A stretch of DNA of 41,532 nt from Clostridia bacterium (GTDB taxonomy: Bacteria > Bacillota > Clostridia > Monoglobales > Monoglobaceae), in contig JAZLCI010000083.1 of the NCBI GenBank assembly GCA_045614085.1, positions 1 through 41,532 of the forward strand. The letters are read 5' to 3'. A program made the translations under genes and the position numbers. The notes beneath the pieces are model-generated. The model searched no databases. It saw only the letters and a program-made list of their open reading frames with translations, and was not told where the DNA came from. Positions within the stretch are counted from its first letter, which is position 1. Each line of letters begins with the position of its first letter. Shown here in pieces: positions 1-7,091 of the stretch.

Positions 1-4
1 TGTT

Positions 5-598
5 ATGAATTTTGAGGGTGCTATACGTGGAGCAAGAGATCCCCTTAACAGTTGGAACAAGATAGACAGTTTCTATGACGATAAGGGTAACTATGTGCTT
101 GGCGAAAATGATTTGTCTTTAGCAAAACGTCTTTGCAAAGCAGGAAGCGACCACAGAAAGTTTATCAGACAGATTTTGGTTTCTGTTGATATTACTGCTC
201 CTCTTTACTGGTGGAAAGAGTTTGACACATACAAGGTTGCAACAGTTGCAAATTCCACAAGCACAATGCATAAAATTCACAGCAAGCCTTTTGAAAAGGA
301 AGATTTTAGCTGTGACCATTTAACAGAAGCAGGTATGAAAGCCTTAGAGAGCATTATGGAATACCTTGAAGAATGCAGAATAAAGTTTGTGGAAACAAAG
401 GAAAAAGAGTATTGGTATGATATCATTCAGCTTCTTCCAGAGGGGTATAATCAGAAAAGAACAGTTACAATGAACTATGAAAATCTTTTGAATATGTATT
501 ATGCCCGCAGAAGTCATAAGCTTACTGAATGGCATACATATTGCGACTGGATTATGACACTTCCTTACACAAAGGAGCTTTTTATTCAGGAAGACTGA
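5..598 (+). CDS. ThyX/Thy1-fold-like protein lacking the canonical RHR motif; probably 5'-truncated by the window edge
   Basis: The frame is open upstream of Met at 5 to the window start. AIRGAR...GSDHRKFIRQILVSVDITAPLYWWKEFDTYKVATVANSTSTMH and LLPEGYNQKRTVTMNYENLLNMYYARRSHK line up by eye with the ThyX core (HxxPxEH, beta strands, RHRxxS helix, ARxxLP..N.R.L..F..LR). The RHRxxS positions read DTYKVAT. Confidence 0.6.
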   Translation: MNFEGAIRGARDPLNSWNKIDSFYDDKGNYVLGENDLSLAKRLCKAGSDHRKFIRQILVSVDITAPLYWWKEFDTYKVATVANSTSTMHKIHSKPFEKEDFSCDHLTEAGMKALESIMEYLEECRIKFVETKEKEYWYDIIQLLPEGYNQKRTVTMNYENLLNMYYARRSHKLTEWHTYCDWIMTLPYTKELFIQED

Positions 599-621
599 TT
601 GTCATAATTTAGGGATAAAGC

Positions 622-650
622 TTGACAAAGATAAAAAAATGTATTATTAT
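622..650 (+). promoter_or_regulatory. sigma-A type promoter (TTGACA-N17-TATTAT) for the ferredoxin gene
   Basis: TTGACA at 622-627, a 17-nt spacer, TATTAT at 645-650, about 30 nt upstream of ATG 679. Confidence 0.55.
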
Positions 651-678
651 AACCATATATTAAGTGAGGTGAAAAAAA

Positions 679-845
679 TGGCTTACACAATTAACGATGA
701 TTGCATCATGTGCGGTGCATGTGCAGGTGAATGCCCTGTTTCTTGTATTTCAGAAGCAGACGGCAAGTACGTTATCAATGCAGATGAATGTATTGACTGC
801 GGCAGCTGCGCAAGTGTATGTCCTGTGGATGCTCCTCAGGCGTAG
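679..845 (+). CDS. 2x[4Fe-4S] clostridial-type ferredoxin (55 aa)
   Basis: Two CxxCxxCxxxCP motifs (CIMCGACAGECP, CIDCGSCASVCP). SD GAGGTG lies 7 nt before ATG 679. The ORF-track start at 639 adds 13 aa with no SD. Confidence 0.93.
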
Positions 846-856
846 TATTAAAATTC

Positions 857-889
857 AAAAGGGCTGCTCTTTCGGGCAGTCCTTTTTTA
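857..889 (+). terminator. intrinsic terminator after the ferredoxin gene
   Basis: aaaaGGGCTGCtctttcggGCAGTCCtttttt: a GC stem followed by a T6 run. Confidence 0.8.
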
Positions 890-922
890 TGTGATGAAAA
901 CCTTTTGTCTCACAGGCTTAAA

Positions 923-1333
923 ATGATGGGAAATCTTTTTATGCTTATTGCAGAAATGGCAGAGAATGTGTCACAACTGGACATAAAGAGAAAGGTAATA
1001 TTCAACTCAAAAGAAGAGTATGTAAAAAACGCAGTTGGATATATAGAAAAGAACTTTTCAGGAAAGCTTTCAATATCAGAAGTGGTTAAGTATGTGGGTT
1101 TAAACAGAAGTTATTTTGGGGGTATATTTAAAGAGATAATGGGGATATCCCCTATAGACTACCTTGTAAGCTACAGAATAGACAGGGCAAAAAAGTATCT
1201 TCTTGATGATTCTATGAGCATTGGAGACGTCGCGAGGTCCGTTGGATATGAAGACCCCCTTACATTTTCCAAGATTTTTAAAAGAAAAAATCAGATGTCT
1301 CCAAGAGAGTATCAGAAAAAAAGAGAGTCATAA
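923..1333 (+). CDS. AraC/XylS-family HTH domain only (136 aa): stand-alone MarA-like regulator or truncated remnant
   Basis: The C-terminal dual HTH is readable (LSISEVVKYVGLNRSYFGGIFKEIMGISPIDYLVSYRIDRAKKYLL..MSIGDVARSVGYEDPLTFSKIFKRKNQMSPREYQ). There is no sensor domain and no recognisable SD before ATG 923/941. The ORF sits directly behind the ferredoxin terminator. The ORF-track extension 818-922 overlaps the ferredoxin gene and its terminator. Confidence 0.5.
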   Translation: MMGNLFMLIAEMAENVSQLDIKRKVIFNSKEEYVKNAVGYIEKNFSGKLSISEVVKYVGLNRSYFGGIFKEIMGISPIDYLVSYRIDRAKKYLLDDSMSIGDVARSVGYEDPLTFSKIFKRKNQMSPREYQKKRES

Positions 1334-1366
1334 AAATTTTTTTAAAAATTTTTTAAAAAATTTTTT
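1332..1366. repeat. three tandem A5-6T6-7 tracts (A5T7, A5T6, A6T6; periods 12, 11, 12 nt)
   Basis: AAAAATTTTTTT AAAAATTTTTT AAAAAATTTTTT read directly, starting in the AraC stop codon. Confidence 0.9.
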
Positions 1367-1406
1367 AGAAGATGTAGCCCTTAAAAAAAATCTCCTAACA
1401 ATATCT

Positions 1407-1441
1407 TGTGTATAAAATCAAATATGGAAAAAAGTGGATAA
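1407..1441. promoter_or_regulatory. two near-consensus DnaA boxes
   Basis: TGTGTATAA at 1407-1415 and AGTGGATAA at 1433-1441. Each has one mismatch to TGTGGATAA (reverse complement of TTATCCACA). They lie upstream of dnaA. Confidence 0.45.
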
Positions 1442-1460
1442 ATTTTTACAAATTTAGGTG

Positions 1461-1489
1461 TTGAAATAATTTTTTCTTTTTGTTATTAT
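1461..1489 (+). promoter_or_regulatory. putative dnaA promoter (TTGAAA-N17-TATTAT)
   Basis: TTGAAA at 1461-1466 and TATTAT at 1484-1489. This would give an about 250-nt leader. Confidence 0.4.
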
Positions 1490-1744
1490 ATTACAGAGAT
1501 GTTACAAGTAGTTTAGAAATGATAAGAAGTTTTTTATACTAAAGATAGAAAAAGGTGCGTTTTTACGGGGTTAGGGAAGAACATACGGTTTGTCCCTCAG
1601 GCACTCATACAAGGAGTGCTTTTACAAGAGTAGTTAAGGCATAATATTGAATACACCGTTTTGTTATAACACCTTTTCAGAATACATCACATCTGTTTTT
1701 GCGAAGCAAAAGCAGATATTTTATGCAGTTGGAGGGAGTTTGTG

Positions 1745-3064
1745 ATGTTAGAATTAAAGGAGATATGGGAGAGTGTTTTATCCCAGATGGCAGAAGAGAT
1801 TTCTGCTGTTTCATACGAAACATGGATAAAGCCTATAAAACCTGTTTCCGTTAGCGGTAATGAGATTGTTTTATCTGTTAAAAGCAGTGTAAATAAGGAT
1901 TTGGTTATGACAAAGTTCCGCTCAATGATTGAAAGTTGCATTGAATTTGCGGCAGGACAGAGCTTTAACCTTGTTGTGGTTGTTGAAGAAGAGGAGCATA
2001 AAGAGGAAGTTGAAACTTATGCAGACCCTATTCACAGAAACAGCGCCTTAAATCCAAAGTACACATTTGAAAACTTTGTAGTAGGCGGAAACAATAATTT
2101 AGCATACGGAGCGGCTATGGGCGTTGCTGAAAACCCCGGGCAGAGATATAATCCTCTGTTCCTATACGGTGGAAGCGGACTTGGAAAGACCCATTTGCTT
2201 CAGGCAATAGGCAATGAGTTTTCAAGACTTTATCCTGATAAAAAGGTTTTATATACCACAAGTGAAAAGTTTACATATGAGCTTGTTACTGCTATTCGTG
2301 AAAAGACAAATCAGGATTTTCGAAACAAGTACAGAACTGTTGACCTTTTGTTGGTTGATGATATACAGTTCCTTGCTACAAAGGAGCTTGCGCAGGAAGA
2401 ATTCTTCCATACATTTAACGCAATATACGAAGAGGGAAATCAGATTGTTCTCACATCTGACCGACTTCCGTCAGAAACACCACACCTTACTGACAGACTT
2501 AAGGGAAGGTTTCAGATGGGCTTACTAGCTGATGTTCAGCCACCTGATTATGAAACCCGTCTTGCAATACTCAGGGCAAAAATTGAGGATGAGTACTTCA
2601 CCTTTGATGAAGAGATAATCGAATATGTGGCAAACAATATCCGTTCAAATGTCCGTGACCTTGAGGGTGCAGTTAAGAGAATTCTTGCATATGCAGGGAT
2701 AGAGAGGACAAACACAATCTCAATTGAGCTTGCGCAAAAAGCTCTTAAAGAGATTATTGACACTCTTCCACAGAGAAATGTAAATATTTCGGTTATTATA
2801 GACGAGGTAGAAAAGTATTATCATCTGCCAAAGGATTCCCTTAAAACCAAAAAACGTTCTAATGATATTGCATATCCAAGACATATTGCTATGTACCTTG
2901 CGAGAGAGGTTTTAGGTGAATCATATCCAAGAATAGGTGACGAGTTTGGCAGAGACCACACAACTGTAATGAGTGCAGTTAAAAAGGTACAGAAGAATTT
3001 AAGCGGTGATACCGAGCTTGCTGAAAAACTTCAGGAGCTTGTAAACAACATCCGAAAGAATTAA
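1745..3064 (+). CDS. dnaA: chromosomal replication initiator DnaA
   Basis: Walker A GGSGLGKTHLL, Walker B LLLVDDIQF, domain IV IGDEFGRDHTTVMSAVKKV. SD GGAGGG at 1731-1736, 8 nt before ATG 1745 (GTG 1742 is also possible). Confidence 0.97.
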   Translation: MLELKEIWESVLSQMAEEISAVSYETWIKPIKPVSVSGNEIVLSVKSSVNKDLVMTKFRSMIESCIEFAAGQSFNLVVVVEEEEHKEEVETYADPIHRNSALNPKYTFENFVVGGNNNLAYGAAMGVAENPGQRYNPLFLYGGSGLGKTHLLQAIGNEFSRLYPDKKVLYTTSEKFTYELVTAIREKTNQDFRNKYRTVDLLLVDDIQFLATKELAQEEFFHTFNAIYEEGNQIVLTSDRLPSETPHLTDRLKGRFQMGLLADVQPPDYETRLAILRAKIEDEYFTFDEEIIEYVANNIRSNVRDLEGAVKRILAYAGIERTNTISIELAQKALKEIIDTLPQRNVNISVIIDEVEKYYHLPKDSLKTKKRSNDIAYPRHIAMYLAREVLGESYPRIGDEFGRDHTTVMSAVKKVQKNLSGDTELAEKLQELVNNIRKN

Positions 3065-3076
3065 CAGGAGATAAAA

Positions 3077-4471
3077 ATGAGGCTTAATGATACCATTGCG
3101 GCAATTGCCACACCGAGAGGTGCAGGTGGAATAGCTATAATCCGTGTTAGCGGAAATGATGCTGAAAAAATTGTCGGAAATATGATTAAAGCGTATAACG
3201 GAAAGGGTATAGCTGACTTTGAAAGCCACAAGCTTACCCTGTGCAGAGTATATGATTGCGAAAAGTCAGATTTTATGATAGATGAAGCATTGGTTGCTGT
3301 TATGAGGGCGCCAAAGTCATATACAGGTGAGAACGTCGTGGAGATAAATTGCCACGGCGGTTTTCTCATTGCTGATAAAATTTTAAACGGAATATTAAAA
3401 AGAGGTGCAAGGCTTGCAGATGCAGGGGAGTTTACCCGTCGTGCCTTTATAAACGGAAAAACAGATTTAAGCGGTGCAGAAGCAGTTGTTGATTTGATGG
3501 AAGCAACAACAGAAGCAGGGCTTCACAATGCGGCAATTTCCATAGATGGTGCACTTTCTGATAAAATAAAGGATTTAAGAGAGATGGTCTTATCAGTTGC
3601 GGCAAATGTTTCTGCAGCGGCAGACTATCCTGATGAAGTTGATATGCCTGAAAATGATGAGCTTATGGCTCTTATCGAAAATATTCTCGATGAGATTAAC
3701 GCTTTGCTTGACAGCTTTGATACAGGAAGGGTTATCCGTGACGGAGTAAGAACGGTTATTGCAGGCAGACCAAATGTAGGTAAGTCATCTGTTTTAAATG
3801 CTCTTCTTCGTGAGGAGAGAGCCATTGTTACAGATATTCCGGGAACCACAAGAGATACAATAGAAGAGGTTATAAACATCGGTGGTATGGCACTTCGTCT
3901 TACTGATACTGCAGGGATTCGTGATGCAGGCGACGAGGTGGAAAAAATCGGCATTGAAAAGTCTTTGGAGAATATAAAGAATGCAGACTTATGTCTGTTT
4001 GTATTGGATTCTTCTGAAGAAATAACAGAAAACGATAAGGAAATTGCAAAGGCACTTTATGGCAAGCCTGTTATTGTTATACTTAACAAAAGCGATAAGG
4101 AAGCTGTTTTAGATGAAGAAAAAGTCAGAAAATCCCTTGAACTTGACGGCACTGTAGTCAAGACTTCTGCCCCTAAAGGAAAAGAAGCCTGTGGCATAGA
4201 TGACCTTGAAAACATAATTTCAAATATGTTCGTAAAGGGAAAGCTTGATTCTAATCGTGTGTATATCTCCAACGAAAGACAGAGAGATTCCCTCTTTAAA
4301 GCAAAGGATGCCCTCTGGCACGCAAGAGATGGGATTTTTATGGGTCTCCCGTCAGATTTATTGTTTGTTGATTTGGAGGATGCCCTTTCTGCTTTTGGAG
4401 AAATAACAGGTGAAACTGTTCAGGAAGAAATAGTTGACAGCGTATTTAAGAGATTTTGTGTAGGAAAATAG
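3077..4471 (+). CDS. mnmE: tRNA modification GTPase MnmE (TrmE)
   Basis: N-terminus DTIAAIATPRGAGGIAIIRVSG, G1 GRPNVGKSS, DTAG, NKSD, C-terminal FCVGK. It starts 12 nt after the dnaA stop. Confidence 0.95.
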   Translation: MRLNDTIAAIATPRGAGGIAIIRVSGNDAEKIVGNMIKAYNGKGIADFESHKLTLCRVYDCEKSDFMIDEALVAVMRAPKSYTGENVVEINCHGGFLIADKILNGILKRGARLADAGEFTRRAFINGKTDLSGAEAVVDLMEATTEAGLHNAAISIDGALSDKIKDLREMVLSVAANVSAAADYPDEVDMPENDELMALIENILDEINALLDSFDTGRVIRDGVRTVIAGRPNVGKSSVLNALLREERAIVTDIPGTTRDTIEEVINIGGMALRLTDTAGIRDAGDEVEKIGIEKSLENIKNADLCLFVLDSSEEITENDKEIAKALYGKPVIVILNKSDKEAVLDEEKVRKSLELDGTVVKTSAPKGKEACGIDDLENIISNMFVKGKLDSNRVYISNERQRDSLFKAKDALWHARDGIFMGLPSDLLFVDLEDALSAFGEITGETVQEEIVDSVFKRFCVGK

Positions 4472-4487
4472 AAAAGGAATGGTTTAA

Positions 4488-5498
4488 ATGAGAGGGGTAT
4501 ATCTCCCGGTTGATTTTGTTGAAAAATATGTCAGGTTCACAAAGCCTGAATATTTGCAGGTATATATTTATACAAAGTATTGTATGGAAAAGGGAGAAAA
4601 CTTCCCTACTGCTGAAGAAATATCTTTGGCACTTGATATCTTGCCTGCAAGAGCAGAGTTTATAATTGAATATTGGGTAAGTCAGGGAGAGTATATCCTG
4701 GAGAACGGAACATATTCCATAAAAAAAGATAAAAATGCTCCTGTTGTTGAAGAAAAGCAGACAGAGAAAGAGGCAAAGAAAAACCTTATTCAGCGTGTGC
4801 GGAGTATGAAACCATCATATTCACAAATGGAAATTGATGTTGTTGCAACCGAGAACAAGAAAATTTCAAGCCTTTTTTATCAGGCGGAAAAGATTTTAAG
4901 CAAGGTCTTAACTGCGTCTGATATGGAGCTTTTATATTCATTTAACGATTGGTTAGGGCTTCCTATTGAAGTTATATTGATGCTTCTTACATATGCTGCC
5001 AAAAAAGGAAAGACCACAAAAAGATATTTAGAAACTGTGGCTATTGACTGGGCAGAAAAGGGAATAGATACATTCGAGGCGGCAGAGGATTATGTTTCTC
5101 AGCTTGAGGCGGCTGACAGTGCAGAAAAGCAGATAAGGTCAATCCTTGGAATATATGACAGGGGCCTCACAGCAACAGAAAAGAAGTATATAAAGATATG
5201 GGCAGAAGAGCTTAAAATTTCGCCCGAGCTTATATCCTTGGCTTATGATAAGACTGTTGAGTATACAGGAAAGCTTTCATGGAGCTATATGGATAAGATG
5301 CTTAAAAACTGGTATGATAACGGATTTAAAACAGTCCTTGAAGTTAAGAACTCTGATGAAGAATTTCATAAGAGTAAGGGCAAAGCAGACAAGCCTTTGA
5401 GAACAAGCAAATTTAATAACTATGAAGATGACAACAAGGATGATTATAAGGAATTAGAAGAGCAGATACTCAATATGATGCTTGACGAAAACTATTGA
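4488..5498 (+). CDS. DnaD-domain replication protein (two DnaD/DnaB_2-type C-terminal repeats)
   Basis: Repeat 1 is LTASDMELLYSFNDWLGLPIEVILMLLTYAAKKGKTTKRYLETVAIDWAEKGI. Repeat 2 is LTATEKKYIKIWAEELKISPELISLAYDKTVEYTGKLSWSYMDKMLKNWYDNGF. Confidence 0.8.
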   Translation: MRGVYLPVDFVEKYVRFTKPEYLQVYIYTKYCMEKGENFPTAEEISLALDILPARAEFIIEYWVSQGEYILENGTYSIKKDKNAPVVEEKQTEKEAKKNLIQRVRSMKPSYSQMEIDVVATENKKISSLFYQAEKILSKVLTASDMELLYSFNDWLGLPIEVILMLLTYAAKKGKTTKRYLETVAIDWAEKGIDTFEAAEDYVSQLEAADSAEKQIRSILGIYDRGLTATEKKYIKIWAEELKISPELISLAYDKTVEYTGKLSWSYMDKMLKNWYDNGFKTVLEVKNSDEEFHKSKGKADKPLRTSKFNNYEDDNKDDYKELEEQILNMMLDENY

Positions 5499-5514
5499 TA
5501 AGGTGGTGTGATAT

Positions 5515-6489
5515 ATGGAATCGGCACATTCTCTTGCTAATGCAGAAATAAACAGAATAAGAAAAGAAAACAGCGAACTTTTAAGCCGTCGTGAGGATGA
5601 AGTAAGAGAAAAGGCTCCTGAATTTGCTATGGTTGAGGCCCAGCTTAAAAAGGGCGGACTGGCTATTGCAAGAGGGATTTTAGAGGGAGTAAACAACGTA
5701 GCGATTGCAAGAAAGTGCATAGAAGAGGCACAGGCAAAAAGAGCCGAAATTCTTGAAAGATTACACCTTCCTAAAGACTATTTAGATGAAATATACACCT
5801 GTAAAAAGTGCAGAGATACAGGCTTTTCTGAAGATGGCAGAAGATGCGAATGCTTAAAAAAGATGATATCCAAGTATATCGGCATAAATTCAAATCTTAC
5901 AGAAGCTATGAGAGAGCAGACCTTTAACAATTTTGACATGTCACTTTTTGAAAATCAGGAAGATGTAAAAGGAACTTCGGTTCTTGATATAGCGAAAAAA
6001 GCATATAAAAAAGCAATAGGGTTTGCTGAAACCTTTGAAGAAACAAATGCAAATCTCTATCTTTATGGTTCAGCAGGAACGGGTAAGACCTACATTTCTT
6101 CATGCATAGCAAACAGAGCCTTGGAAAGAGGTTTTACTGTTTATTATCAGTCAGCGTTTAAGCTGCTTGATGTACTGGAAAAGTTAAAATTCGGCAGATA
6201 CGAAGACGACGAAAGAGTACAGGCGGAGTATGTTGAAAAATATATTTATGATGTAGACCTTTTGGTTATTGATGATGTTGGAACAGAGTTTGTAACGGCG
6301 TATTCATCTGCTGCACTTTTTGATATAATCAATTCAAGAATTGTGGACAGAAAGAGTACGATTATCTCTTCCAATTTGGGACCTATAAAAATGGCTGAGG
6401 TTTACGGCACACGTTTTGCCTCAAGAATAACAGGCTCCTTTGAACCATTGGGATTTATAGGCAAGGATTTACGTAGAATAAAAAAGTAA
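5515..6489 (+). CDS. DnaC/DnaI-like AAA+ helicase-loader ATPase
   Basis: Walker A GSAGTGKTY, Walker B DLLVIDDVG, and an upstream Cys cluster CKKCRDTG..RCEC like the DnaI zinc module. Confidence 0.85.
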   Translation: MESAHSLANAEINRIRKENSELLSRREDEVREKAPEFAMVEAQLKKGGLAIARGILEGVNNVAIARKCIEEAQAKRAEILERLHLPKDYLDEIYTCKKCRDTGFSEDGRRCECLKKMISKYIGINSNLTEAMREQTFNNFDMSLFENQEDVKGTSVLDIAKKAYKKAIGFAETFEETNANLYLYGSAGTGKTYISSCIANRALERGFTVYYQSAFKLLDVLEKLKFGRYEDDERVQAEYVEKYIYDVDLLVIDDVGTEFVTAYSSAALFDIINSRIVDRKSTIISSNLGPIKMAEVYGTRFASRITGSFEPLGFIGKDLRRIKK

Positions 6490-6490
6490 A

Positions 6491-6516
6491 AGACGGCAAA
6501 TGCCGTCTTTTTTATG
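6491..6516 (+). terminator. intrinsic terminator
   Basis: AGACGGCAaaTGCCGTCT followed by TTTTTT. Confidence 0.85.
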
Positions 6517-6554
6517 TGGCAAAATAAATAAAAAATGGGTTTGATGCGTAAATT

Positions 6555-6629
6555 TTGTAGGGGAGGGCATCTGTGCCCTCCCGCATGTTTTTATGTTGTT
6601 CGGGAGGGGATGGAACCCCTCCCCTACAA
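6555..6629. repeat. inverted doublet of a GTAG-led G/C-rich hairpin (REP/REPIN-like)
   Basis: Copy A at 6555-6583 is ttGTAGGGGAGGGCAtctgTGCCCTCCCg. Copy B at 6601-6629 reads ttGTAGGGGAGGGGttccatCCCCTCCCg on the minus strand. Confidence 0.7.
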
Positions 6630-6649
6630 TATATATGGGTTAATGTGCA

Positions 6650-6670
6650 GTAGGGGTGGATAGTATCCGA
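6650..6670 (+). repeat. third GTAGGGG + short hairpin copy
   Basis: GTAGGGG tGGATAgTATCCga. Confidence 0.45.
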
Positions 6671-6720
6671 TCGCTTATGTTAATATATATGTTTTATATT
6701 AAATGTCCTGCCGGACGGGC

Positions 6721-6791
6721 CTACTTTTGATTGCAAAAGTAGCAAAACGAAGGGGGAGTTTCGATTCTCCCCCTTCAACCCCCTTAAAACG
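6721..6791 (+). repeat. two-hairpin module L with a C-rich tail
   Basis: CTACTTTTGattgCAAAAGTAG caaaac GAAGGGGGAGtttcgattCTCCCCCTTC aacccccttaaaacg. Confidence 0.7.
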
Positions 6792-6801
6792 TCACACCGT
6801 A

Positions 6802-6826
6802 AAAAATGTGCCTGTGACACATTTTT
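6802..6826 (+). terminator. terminator-like hairpin following module L
   Basis: AAAAATGTGcctgtgaCACATTTTT. The A/T-rich ends of the stem double as the U tract. Confidence 0.4.
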
Positions 6827-6883
6827 AGGTGGGATTGAGGTGCGGTAGCACCAGTATGAAAAACAATAAAATTGTTTTTCGAC

Positions 6884-6908
6884 AAAAAAAGCAGGGGCTT
6901 TGCCCCTG
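6884..6908 (-). terminator. minus-strand intrinsic terminator with no annotated gene upstream of it
   Basis: The minus strand reads CAGGGGCaaaGCCCCTG C TTTTTTT. Confidence 0.65.
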
Positions 6909-7091
6909 GACCCCGCTCAATATATGTAGTGTTACAAAACCAACATTTAGGTCATCCATAGCTATCGTTTTAAAACTCGGAAAATCTTTTGGAGCGCCAC
7001 GCTTGGTATATTGCGTGCACAATTGGTGCAGCTGTGTCTACAACGACCAAACTCGCTCCGGATAAAATACAACATATGGGTATGATCGGGC

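Noticed and set aside
1332-1366. The A/T tandem repeat as a CRISPR-like or minisatellite array
   Set aside because: The units are 11-12 nt of pure A/T with no spacers. I saw no CRISPR repeat-spacer architecture anywhere in the window.
6749-6776. tRNA-like T-arm (GGGGGAGtttcgattCTCCCCC resembles a GGTTCGAATCC loop)
   Set aside because: The stem is 10 bp and the loop 8 nt. No acceptor, D or anticodon arms can be drawn around it.
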